Assembly (NCBI GenBank): GCA_041740355.1 | Contig: JBGSMD010000033.1 | Location: forward strand, 1-14,287 | Direction: 5' to 3' | Origin: Bdellovibrionota bacterium | GTDB taxonomy: Bacteria > Bdellovibrionota_C > UBA2361 > CALJRW01 | Length of the DNA stretch: 14,287 bases | Shown: positions 1 through 7,829 of the stretch, one piece after another | Numbering within the stretch: position 1 is the stretch's first letter | How the letters are laid out: the number at the start of each line of letters is the position of its first letter | Translations under genes and position numbers: made by a program | Notes under the pieces: generated by a model | Told to the model about the DNA's origin: nothing | Database searches by the model: none | What the model saw: the letters and a program-made list of their open reading frames with translations, nothing else

Positions 1-87
1 GTAGCAATGCACCTTACTAAAGAAGATGAGCAATTCTTTGATACTTTTAGAAGGCAAATAAAACAAAAAAAGTATTATCATGCTTAA
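1..87 (+). CDS. trbD: TrbD/VirB3 family protein, 3' end (partial, runs off the window start)
   Basis: Frame 1 reads VAMHLTKEDEQFFDTFRRQIKQKKYYHA* (TAA 85-87), resembling the KxDxxFFxxxRR..Y C-terminus of TrbD. It overlaps the trbE ATG by 8 nt (ATGCTTAA), the canonical position. Not in the supplied ORF track. Confidence 0.8.
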   Translation, partial: VAMHLTKEDEQFFDTFRRQIKQKKYYHA

Positions 88-2506
88 CTTAAAACAGTAT
101 AAAGAAAATCCTGATTGCTTATCTGATTTGCTACCATTTGCAGCACTTGTTTCAAATAGTGTTGTATTAAATAAAGACGGATCGTTTCTTTCAACCTTTA
201 AATATAGAGGTCCTGACCTTGATTCTGAAACAGATGGAAGTTTAATTGCAATTAGCGCCAGAATTAATAATATTCTAAAAAGATTAGGCTCAGGATATGC
301 CATTTATGTTGAATCAAAACGAGACGAAGTTAAGTTTTATCCGAAATCATATTTTCCAGACTACATTAGCTATTTAATTGATGAGGAACGAAGAGCCGAA
401 TTTATGTCGGGAGATAACTTTGAGTCTAGTTATTACCTGACTCTTGTTTATTTACCACCAAAGGAAATTTATAATAAAGTAACAAATAAGTTTATTGAAA
501 GTAAGGAAGAGGTCGGGGCTAGAAGTTATCAGCTAATACTTAATAATTTTCAGATTGAAATTGAAAGGATCTTAGGACTTCTTGCAGGTGTTTTTCACGA
601 AGTTGATATTCTAAAAGAGTACGAGTTGCTAACTTATCTTCATTCCACAGTTTCTAGTAAAGATCACAAGGTTAGAGTTCCAGATAATCCAGTATACCTA
701 GATTCAATTTTAAGTGATTCTGATTTACTAACAGGATTTGAGCCAAAGCTTGGAAATAAATTTATCAAGGTAGTTTCAATTAGAGCCTATCCAACCGCAA
801 GTTATCCAGCAATCTTAGATAAATTAAATCATTTAAGTATTAAGTACCGCTTTGTTACAAGATTTATTTCCCTTAATAAGTTAGAAGCAGAAACAGAGCT
901 TCGCCGTTATAAGAAAAAATGGTTTGCAAAAAGAAAGGGCGTATTAACTCTTCTTAAGGAAACAATAACTGGGGAAACAAGTGTCATGGAAGATTCGGAC
1001 GCTGTTAATAAAGCAATTGATGCGGAGAGTGCCTTAGAGGAATTGCAGGACGATCAGGTAAGGTATGGATATTTTACTGCGGTAGTAGTTCTTATGGATG
1101 AAAGCCTAGAAGTAGCAAGTCAGTCAGCAAAGGAAGTGGAAAGAGTTATTAATAGTCTTGGTTTTAGTACTAAAATTGAGCAGGTAAATGCTGTTGATGC
1201 ATTCCTTGGAAGTATTCCCGGGAATACTAGAAATAATGTTAGGAGGCCAATTGTAAATACTCTAAATCTCTCGCATCTCATGCCAGTATCTTCTGTTTTT
1301 GCAGGTGAACTTACCAATCAGCATTTAAAAGCAGAGCCACTATTTTTTGCTAAAACAAGTGGAAGCACTCAATTTCGTTTTAGTCCTCATGTTGGGGATG
1401 TGGGACATACCCTTGTTCTTGGACCAACTGGAGCTGGAAAGTCAGTGCTTCTTAATTTAATGGAGGTACAGTTTTTAAGATATGAAAATGCCCAAGTGTA
1501 TATATTTGATAAGGGAGGAAGTGCCAGAACACTAACCTATGGGGTAGGAGGCGATTACTATGATCTAGGATCTGAAAAATCAGCACTTTCATTTCAACCA
1601 CTTGCCAGAATTAATGAAGATAGGGAACTTCGTTTTGCACATGACTGGATACTAGATATTTTTATCCAAGAAAATATAAAAATTAATCCTGTAATTAAAG
1701 ATAATTTATGGATTGCTCTTAAAAGTTTAAGTACGGCTCCAAAATCTGAGAGAACTATCTTTGGACTAACAGTACTTTTACAGGAGGAACAACTTAGAAA
1801 GGCACTTCTTCCTTATACGATAACTGGGGCGTATGGAAATATTCTTGATCGAGAGGCAGATAATTTAAGTTATGGCTTTTGGCAGTGTTTTGAAATGGAA
1901 ATCCTAATGGATACTCCAAGAATTATTATGCCAGTCCTTTCTTATTTGTTTCATAGATTAAAAGAGAGATTTAAAGGGCAACCAACTCTACTAGTTCTTG
2001 ATGAAGCTTGGATTTTTTTAGATAATCCAGCTTTTCAAAGTAAAATTCGGGAATGGTTAAAGGTTTTAAGAAAATCAAATGTTGCCGTAGTCTTTGCTAC
2101 TCAAAGCCTAGCTGATATTGATGAGAGTGAAATCAGCCAAACTATTAAGGAAGCTTGTCTTACAAAAATATACCTCCCTAATAGTGTTGCTCTTAATTAT
2201 GAAGTAAGTGCCATTTATAAAAAATTTGGGTTAAATGACCAGCAAATTAGAATTCTTGCTACAAGTATTCCCAAGAAGGAGTATTATTATACTTCCCCAC
2301 TTGGAAATAGAATTTTTGAATTGGGGTTAGGGGAGATTGCCCTTACATATCTTGCAGGAACAAGTAAGGAGAAGCAGAACTTAGTTAATGAGATTAAAGA
2401 AAAGTCGATTGAAACCTTAGGGTTTAATATTGAGTATTTAAAATCTCAGGGGTTGGGTGAGGTAAGTGAATATCTTTCAAAACATAAAAATGAAGTAGTC
2501 TTTTAG
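80..2506 (+). CDS. trbE: Conjugal transfer ATPase TrbE (VirB4 family)
   Basis: 808 aa. Typical TrbE N-terminus (LSDLLPFA..VVLNKDGSF..YRGPDLDS), DVGHTLVLGPTGAGKS Walker A, LLVLDEAW Walker B, IREWLKVLRKSN.AVVFATQS. Confidence 0.97.
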   Translation: MLNLKQYKENPDCLSDLLPFAALVSNSVVLNKDGSFLSTFKYRGPDLDSETDGSLIAISARINNILKRLGSGYAIYVESKRDEVKFYPKSYFPDYISYLIDEERRAEFMSGDNFESSYYLTLVYLPPKEIYNKVTNKFIESKEEVGARSYQLILNNFQIEIERILGLLAGVFHEVDILKEYELLTYLHSTVSSKDHKVRVPDNPVYLDSILSDSDLLTGFEPKLGNKFIKVVSIRAYPTASYPAILDKLNHLSIKYRFVTRFISLNKLEAETELRRYKKKWFAKRKGVLTLLKETITGETSVMEDSDAVNKAIDAESALEELQDDQVRYGYFTAVVVLMDESLEVASQSAKEVERVINSLGFSTKIEQVNAVDAFLGSIPGNTRNNVRRPIVNTLNLSHLMPVSSVFAGELTNQHLKAEPLFFAKTSGSTQFRFSPHVGDVGHTLVLGPTGAGKSVLLNLMEVQFLRYENAQVYIFDKGGSARTLTYGVGGDYYDLGSEKSALSFQPLARINEDRELRFAHDWILDIFIQENIKINPVIKDNLWIALKSLSTAPKSERTIFGLTVLLQEEQLRKALLPYTITGAYGNILDREADNLSYGFWQCFEMEILMDTPRIIMPVLSYLFHRLKERFKGQPTLLVLDEAWIFLDNPAFQSKIREWLKVLRKSNVAVVFATQSLADIDESEISQTIKEACLTKIYLPNSVALNYEVSAIYKKFGLNDQQIRILATSIPKKEYYYTSPLGNRIFELGLGEIALTYLAGTSKEKQNLVNEIKEKSIETLGFNIEYLKSQGLGEVSEYLSKHKNEVVF

Positions 2507-2529
2507 GATTTTAGAGAGCCAAATTAAAT

Positions 2530-3357
2530 TTAAGAAATAGCTTTTCTTTTGTCCCATGTTTCTAGCACAAATAGTACAACAGTATGTGCTGCATGGATCG
2601 CAAGTCTAGCATGACGTGGTTCAATATTATAACTTTTATTATCTGATCCATGTGCCGAGCTTGCATGTGTTCTAAGTGATCCAATGCCGTGAACAGTGGA
2701 GATAAGTCCACTAAGAATTGTTTTTAAGTCATTATCTTCTAAAACAGAGGGATCAAAACCCAAATGAGCTCTTACAACTGACCATAAAGGCTGAAGGTCT
2801 TTTTTATTAGGCATTTCCAGGCCTTCTTCTTCAATATAAATTTTACAAAGTGATTCTATTATATTACACGCAGAAGATAAGGCATCCTTTGGACTAACAT
2901 CTAAGGATTTTAGAGCCCTATCAAATTCAGCATTCAAAACTGCGAGATTTCTTTTCTTTATTGATTCGTTGAGGCTAATCGAGGGTGTTGCTAAAGTGCC
3001 CGCGATATTACCCCCGTCAAAATATTTAAGATTAGCTCGAGCAAGCGCATTAGAAATTGCTTTAAAGTGAGTTTGTTTTAATTCAAGTGTGACACCTTCG
3101 GCTGTGTATGACCTTTCAGTTAAATCCTCTTCCATATAGCTCTCAATTAGTTTTCCAAGAATAACTAATGGCATAACAGACTCATCTTTATTGATTCGTT
3201 GTAACCACTCCATTACTTTAACGGGCTTACTACCTGATGGGGGCTCTCCTGGAGCATCAGCATAGGCAAAGAGACGGTCAAGTGTCGCATGACTTTCGCG
3301 CCTTGGAAGTATATCCGCAAGGATCGTTATTATGGGAGCTGGAATAACTTTTCGCAT
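2530..3357 (-). CDS. Abortive-infection family protein with C-terminal Abi_C (HEPN-type) domain; probable anti-phage effector
   Basis: C-terminal half has ALSSACNIIESLCK...LSGL...GIGSLRTHASSAHG (Rx6H HEPN motif)...EPRHARLAIHAAHT, characteristic of Abi_C. The ORF track starts at TTG 3363; ATG 3357 (MRKVIPAP...) is preferred because the TTG lies upstream of the predicted transcription start. Confidence 0.85.
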   Translation of the reverse strand: MRKVIPAPIITILADILPRRESHATLDRLFAYADAPGEPPSGSKPVKVMEWLQRINKDESVMPLVILGKLIESYMEEDLTERSYTAEGVTLELKQTHFKAISNALARANLKYFDGGNIAGTLATPSISLNESIKKRNLAVLNAEFDRALKSLDVSPKDALSSACNIIESLCKIYIEEEGLEMPNKKDLQPLWSVVRAHLGFDPSVLEDNDLKTILSGLISTVHGIGSLRTHASSAHGSDNKSYNIEPRHARLAIHAAHTVVLFVLETWDKRKAIS

Positions 3358-3365
3358 ATTCAAAC

Positions 3366-3394
3366 ATTCTAGGAGGGGATAATTTTCTAGTCAA
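3366..3394 (-). promoter_or_regulatory. Sigma70-type promoter of the Abi_C gene (near-leaderless transcript)
   Basis: Minus strand reads TTGACT-agaaaattatcccctcc(17 nt)-TAGAAT-gtttgaat-ATG. Both hexamers match consensus 5/6, the spacer is ideal, only 8 nt separate the -10 from the ATG, and there is no Shine-Dalgarno. Confidence 0.75.
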
Positions 3395-3407
3395 TTCAGC
3401 TATAGAT

Positions 3408-3437
3408 TTAGCAACTTTAGTTTTCTATTAGCGATTA
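3408..3437 (+). promoter_or_regulatory. Conserved bipartite motif copy 1 (putative alternative-sigma promoter) upstream of trbJ
   Basis: TTAGCAACT-ttagttttctattag(15)-CGATTA, ending 7 nt before the trbJ ATG. The same boxes and spacing occur at 5785-5814 and 13523-13552. Confidence 0.75.
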
Positions 3438-3444
3438 GTAGCAA

Positions 3445-4170
3445 ATGAAAAGACTAGTGCTATTAATAATATTATTTTTGGGTACGGAGAAGCTTTATGC
3501 CCAAGTCCCTGTATTTGATCCAAGTAATTTCTCTCAGAATATCCTACAGGCTATCAGGGCACTTAAAAGTAATATGAATGAAGCCAAAATGATCGCAAAC
3601 GAGGTTGAAATGCTATCTAACGATGTTAAGAATTTAACGAAGCTTCCATATTCAACCGTTCATGAATTAGAGGCTCAGTTCCAAAGCCTATTTTCTGAAA
3701 TGGGTAAAATTCATGGACTAGTCGATGATCTTACTAATCTTCAGAATGAATATGAAAGGCTTTATCCTGAATTTGGTTTAATGGAGGATAAGATTGAGGG
3801 TAAAACAGTTTCTAGTCTTACAAGTGAGTGGTTAGAAGAAAGTAGAAAATCAATGCTAAAGGCTAGTGCAACAGGTGCAAAAGTTTTAGAAGATCTTCCA
3901 AGTTCTCAAAATCGAATCGAGCGACTTGTTACTGATTCCAGTAATGCTGTAGGAATTCTTCAAGCTGCTCAGGCAGGAAATGAAATAAGTGCCATGGTTG
4001 TGGGTAATTTAACCAGTTTGAATGCCCAGCTGGCGACATATAATTCAGCTCATAGTAATTACTTAATGCAAATTAATACTGGAGCTAGTATTTCACAGAA
4101 TAGGATGAAGCATGTGCTTGATGGATTAAAGCCGAATTCGGGTAAGAGGGTGCCCCTTAGTAAGTATTAG
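3445..4170 (+). CDS. trbJ: P-type conjugative transfer protein TrbJ (VirB5-like minor pilin)
   Basis: Signal peptide (MKRLVLLIILFLG..LYA|Q), VFDPSNFSQNILQA motif, coiled-coil body, S.NAVGILQAAQAGNEI motif typical of TrbJ; lies between trbE and trbL. Confidence 0.92.
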   Translation: MKRLVLLIILFLGTEKLYAQVPVFDPSNFSQNILQAIRALKSNMNEAKMIANEVEMLSNDVKNLTKLPYSTVHELEAQFQSLFSEMGKIHGLVDDLTNLQNEYERLYPEFGLMEDKIEGKTVSSLTSEWLEESRKSMLKASATGAKVLEDLPSSQNRIERLVTDSSNAVGILQAAQAGNEISAMVVGNLTSLNAQLATYNSAHSNYLMQINTGASISQNRMKHVLDGLKPNSGKRVPLSKY

Positions 4171-4185
4171 TTAGAGGAGAAATTC

Positions 4186-4269
4186 GTGATTTTGAAAATG
4201 AAGAAAGGAATTTTACCTTTTTTATTAAGTCAGCAAATCAGATCTAATGAGAGCAAACCTCAGACCTAA
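4186..4269 (+). pseudogene. Short ORF with strong RBS at the trbK position; possible truncated remnant of an entry-exclusion or other exported protein gene
   Basis: AGAGGAG (4173-4179), then GTG 4186: MILKMKKGILPFLLSQQIRSNESKPQT*. It begins like a signal peptide (KMKK plus a hydrophobic stretch), turns hydrophilic with no lipobox Cys, and overlaps the protease 3' end. Confidence 0.3.
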
Positions 4270-5614
4270 TTTTATTAGATGAGAAATTAAACCATTGATC
4301 AAAAATATTTTTTGAGAAAATAAAATAACTAGTAATCCCTGAGCCACCACTTCCACCACTCATTTCCTCTACAAGATAAATATCTTTTTTTTGTTCAGCC
4401 TTAATAATATTAAAACAAATTCCGTTTAAAATCTCTGTGGAGTAAAGGGGATAGTCACGTATACTTTTTAAGAAAGCACTTTCTGACTCACAGTTAACTT
4501 TTTCAGAATTGAAATCTAAGAAAGTAGTGCTAATGCAGATTAGATTTTCTGTGCTTAAATGCCCCTTGGACTTTTTCCAATCTACGGTATCAATTGTTCT
4601 AGTACTAATTGAAATTATATCAGCAGATTCGTTTGTATTTGACCAAATTTGAACTATTGCTGGGTGATCAACTAAAGTTACCTCCTCAGAATCTGCACTT
4701 AAAGATTTACCATTAATAGTTAAAGGTAAGCATCCTGTAAAATTTGGTTCATTAAACATGGGAGGTTTGCCATGACTCTGACAATTATCATCATTCAGTG
4801 ATGTTAGGTGCTCACGAAAGATTGTGGCAGCAAACCTTTCACTATTTAAAGAATCGTTCCTGCTACTATCCATTAAGTTGAAAATAAAGTTTGAAACTTC
4901 ATAATCGTCTTTATTTCTTTTTGGAGGAAGTTTGAAATTTTTTGTATTATCATCCATAGGAGCAATTTGCGTATGTTCTTTGGCACCAGAGAGTTGCTCC
5001 CGAGAATCTTTCAGTAATTCTAAAATTACCGAAGTTGGAATTGCAAAATTTAGATTTTGTGAGTTTGTAAGTGATGCAGTAACAACACCAATTACTTTGG
5101 ATTTATTATTTAATAAAGGTCCTCCGCTGTTACCTGGAGAGATAGGTGCCGTAGTTTGAATTATTTTTATATTATCTACATCTCTAATTGAGCTTATAAT
5201 ACCCGATGAAAATGTAGCATCGAGTCCTCTGGGGCTTCCAATTGCGTAAACATCATCCCCTATTTCTAGGTTTTGAATAGATAGTGATAGTGGGGAACAT
5301 TTTTTATAAGGTGATTTTAAGATAACAATATCGTTATATTCATCAATCCCCACAATTTCTTTGATATTTAAGTTTATCCCCTCCGAAGATATAGAAATCT
5401 TTATTTCATTTGCATCCTTTATAACGTGTAAATTAGTGACAATTAGGCAATCTTGAATGAAGAAACCGGAACCTTGCATGCGATCTGTTGATATACTTAC
5501 AACGCTAGGAAGTGCGTCCTTCATAATCTGTTGGGGTGTTTTTGTCGCAACAACTTTAATAACTATGAATATAGTTAAAAATAATAAAAGACCTAGAGAG
5601 ATTTTTTTAAACAC
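4244..5614 (-). CDS. Exported or membrane-anchored trypsin-like (S1C/HtrA-like) serine protease with an unrecognised Cys-containing C-terminal domain
   Basis: GTG start; N-terminal hydrophobic segment; GSGFFI, VTNLHVI (His), NDIVILK (Asp), AIGSPRGL, TTAPISPGNSGGPLLN (Ser), QNLNFAIP. The C-terminal half shows no recognisable PDZ. Confidence 0.9.
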   Translation of the reverse strand: MFKKISLGLLLFLTIFIVIKVVATKTPQQIMKDALPSVVSISTDRMQGSGFFIQDCLIVTNLHVIKDANEIKISISSEGINLNIKEIVGIDEYNDIVILKSPYKKCSPLSLSIQNLEIGDDVYAIGSPRGLDATFSSGIISSIRDVDNIKIIQTTAPISPGNSGGPLLNNKSKVIGVVTASLTNSQNLNFAIPTSVILELLKDSREQLSGAKEHTQIAPMDDNTKNFKLPPKRNKDDYEVSNFIFNLMDSSRNDSLNSERFAATIFREHLTSLNDDNCQSHGKPPMFNEPNFTGCLPLTINGKSLSADSEEVTLVDHPAIVQIWSNTNESADIISISTRTIDTVDWKKSKGHLSTENLICISTTFLDFNSEKVNCESESAFLKSIRDYPLYSTEILNGICFNIIKAEQKKDIYLVEEMSGGSGGSGITSYFIFSKNIFDQWFNFSSNKIRSEVCSH

Positions 5615-5693
5615 AGCAAATATGAATGTTATGTATTGCTTTAAAGCGATTGTAGAAAAGACTAAATTTTAGAGAATTCTTGCTCGATAATTT

Positions 5694-5723
5694 AAGGTAT
5701 CATCGAATAAGTGAATGGGTCAA
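5694..5723 (-). promoter_or_regulatory. Candidate sigma70-type promoter of the protease gene
   Basis: Minus strand TTGACC-cattcacttattcgatga(18)-TACCTT, with a TGn extended -10, about 80 nt upstream of the GTG. The -10 is only a 4/6 match. Confidence 0.4.
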
Positions 5724-5784
5724 GAAGTATTGAGCTATCTCCTTCTATTATAAAGAACAAGAAAAATCTCAGATTAAGAAATTA

Positions 5785-5814
5785 TTAGCAACTAATCAAT
5801 CCGAACTCCGATTA
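5785..5814 (+). promoter_or_regulatory. Conserved bipartite motif copy 2 (putative alternative-sigma promoter) upstream of trbL-F-G-I-lipoprotein-traF
   Basis: TTAGCAACT-aatcaatccgaactc(15)-CGATTA, ending 39 nt before the trbL ATG. Confidence 0.75.
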
Positions 5815-5847
5815 TGTCATTAGAGCCTTCAAGCTTTATGACATGAT
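5811..5847. repeat. Inverted repeat/hairpin between the promoter motif and the trbL start
   Basis: ATTATGTCATTAGAGC-CTTCAA-GCTTTATGACATGAT: about 15-bp stem with one bulge and two G-T pairs. The perfect core is ATGTCAT-N17-ATGACAT. Confidence 0.6.
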
Positions 5848-5853
5848 TATTAA

Positions 5854-7122
5854 ATGACCCCAGATACTGATTCACTTACATTAATTTTAGATACTTTTCT
5901 TGATGCCTTTAGCTTAGGGAGAACTGCCGTTGGAAGATCGGCAAATAGCTTACTTGCTATCCTTGCAACGCTTGAAATCCTAATGGCCGCGATCTGGTGG
6001 ACAATTACTGGTAGTGATGTGGTGGTTAAGTTCTTAAAGAAGGTAATTCTCATTGGGTTCTTTATTTGGATAGTGGAAAGTTGGGATAGTTTAGTAGGAA
6101 GTGTAATTGCAGGTTTTATATATACTGGGGAGACTGCTGGAGCAACCGCAGGCGGTAATATTGTAAGCCTTGAGAATCCATCTGCAATAGTTGATGCTGG
6201 GTTTAATGCAGTGCTCCCCATTTTTGAACATCTTAGATCTTTTGATTCTTATTTTTCAGCAGTTTCAAATCCAATTGATTTAATCATTGCCCTTCTTGCT
6301 TCAGTTTTAATTATTGGTTCCTTTTTTGTCCTAGCCATTCAAGTATTTATTACAAGATTAGAGTTTGGATTAATGGCAACTCTAGGCCTAATTCTTATTC
6401 CTTTTGGAGTGTATAGGCATACTGCCTTTCTAAGTGAAAAAGTTTTTGGGGCGTTAATATCCTTTGGGATAAAGCTCATGATCTTATCATTTATTATTTC
6501 AATTACATTTCCAATTTTAATTCAGTTTAAAGTACCAGCCGATCCCAGTTGGATTGAAATGCTTAATATGGTCTTAGTTTCGATGTCAGTGATGATTTTA
6601 AGCTGGCATGCCCCAAGTGTTGCTACAGGGTTACTTTCTGGAAGCCCAAATTTATCAGCAAGAGATGTAAGTGGGGCAAGTATGACGGCAAGTCACGCGC
6701 TAAGTCAGATTGTTAAACAGTCAGGAAGTATTGGTAGTAGTACTAAGGGTGCAACGGCAGTAGCAAGTAGTGCAACAGTGAGTTCCGTAAGCACAGTAGG
6801 AAAAGTTGCAAGTTTTGGAGCAGGGATGGCAGTTGGAGCTTATAACTCCCCAGGAAGCACCATTAAAAATTTTGGAGAACGAGCTTTTAGTGTCGGTAAA
6901 GAAGTCTTGTCTTCAAGTTTTAGCACAGAAGGTAAGACTTCAAAAAATTCTCTTCGCGAATCATTTAATAGTGGCCGTGAGGTAAGAGTTTCAAAGGGTA
7001 AAATGCAGGGAGAAAATCTAAGAGAGGCAGAAAATACTAGCCCAAAAGTGAAAGAAGGCACTCAAAATGAACAGGCAGTAAAAAGCCTAAAATCTAAGTC
7101 AACAAATACAAGGAGTAAATAA
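5854..7122 (+). CDS. trbL: P-type conjugative transfer protein TrbL (VirB6 family)
   Basis: Multiple TM helices; LAIQVFITRLEF.L....GLILIPFG...TAFLSEK..G....GIKLMIL; P.VATGLLSGSP.L followed by the usual Ser/Ala/Gly-rich tail. Confidence 0.95.
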   Translation: MTPDTDSLTLILDTFLDAFSLGRTAVGRSANSLLAILATLEILMAAIWWTITGSDVVVKFLKKVILIGFFIWIVESWDSLVGSVIAGFIYTGETAGATAGGNIVSLENPSAIVDAGFNAVLPIFEHLRSFDSYFSAVSNPIDLIIALLASVLIIGSFFVLAIQVFITRLEFGLMATLGLILIPFGVYRHTAFLSEKVFGALISFGIKLMILSFIISITFPILIQFKVPADPSWIEMLNMVLVSMSVMILSWHAPSVATGLLSGSPNLSARDVSGASMTASHALSQIVKQSGSIGSSTKGATAVASSATVSSVSTVGKVASFGAGMAVGAYNSPGSTIKNFGERAFSVGKEVLSSSFSTEGKTSKNSLRESFNSGREVRVSKGKMQGENLREAENTSPKVKEGTQNEQAVKSLKSKSTNTRSK

Positions 7123-7124
7123 CT

Positions 7125-7829
7125 ATGAGTAAAGAAATGTTAGCTACTCCCCAATCTAATAAAGTGGAGTGTTTTCCTGAAACTCCGTTTCTTCGAGCCA
7201 AGGAAGAGTGGGATAATCGAATTGGAAGCTCTGTTGTACAAGCTAAAAATTGGAGGCTAGTGGCAATTATTTTAAGTATTAGTTTTCTAATGTTAAGCAC
7301 GGGTAGCATTTATCTTGGAAGCTTAAAAAAGGAAGTTCCAATTATAGTAACACTTGATTTGAGTAGCGGACAAACAAACGTCCTTGGTTTTGCTAAGTCA
7401 ATTAAGTATGAACCTAGAATTCAGGAAATTAAATATTTCCTAAGTAGTTTTATTAATAAGGTAAGAGCAGTACCAATTGATCCAGTCATTATCAAGCAAA
7501 ACTGGAATGATGCCTATGTCTTTTTAAAAAGAGAAGCAGCAATAAAATTAAATAATCAGGTAAATACAGATAAAAATAATCCCTTAAATAATATTGGCAC
7601 TGAAACTGTCATAGTTGAGCCAATATCAGTAAATCAAGTAGCAAACAGCTCCTCTTATCAAGCAAGGTGGAGTGAAACTAGATATAATAAAAATGGCGGA
7701 TTAATTGATTCTTATACAATGAGTGGAGTTTTTAGCTTAGAAATTGAAACTCCAGATAGTGAAGCAGTAATTAGAGTAAATCCACTTGGAATTTTTATTA
7801 CCAATTTTAGTTGGAGTAGGGAGCTATGA
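7125..7829 (+). CDS. trbF: Conjugal transfer protein TrbF (VirB8 family)
   Basis: PETPFLRAKEEWDNRIGS..VQAKNWRL, single TM, VRAVPIDPVIIKQNW..AY.FL, SYQARWSE, NPLGIFITNFSWSREL; AGGAG RBS at 7111-7115. Confidence 0.96.
   Translation: MSKEMLATPQSNKVECFPETPFLRAKEEWDNRIGSSVVQAKNWRLVAIILSISFLMLSTGSIYLGSLKKEVPIIVTLDLSSGQTNVLGFAKSIKYEPRIQEIKYFLSSFINKVRAVPIDPVIIKQNWNDAYVFLKREAAIKLNNQVNTDKNNPLNNIGTETVIVEPISVNQVANSSSYQARWSETRYNKNGGLIDSYTMSGVFSLEIETPDSEAVIRVNPLGIFITNFSWSREL

Noticed and set aside
1120-1317. 65-aa minus-strand ORF
   Set aside because: Antisense shadow wholly inside well-conserved trbE; no recognisable motif.
4932-5672. Plus-strand ORFs 4932-5159 and 5457-5672 as possible trbK
   Set aside because: Both are antisense to the protease catalytic domain. 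Their hydrophobic, Cys-containing look is explained by the reverse complement of protease codons; no convincing RBS or lipobox.
6660-7122. Ser/Ala/Gly/Lys-rich low-complexity tail of TrbL
   Set aside because: Normal, variable feature of TrbL proteins; no true tandem DNA repeat seen.
5850-7309. Minus-strand ORFs 5850-6221, 6840-7061 and 7094-7309
   Set aside because: Shadows of trbL/trbF.
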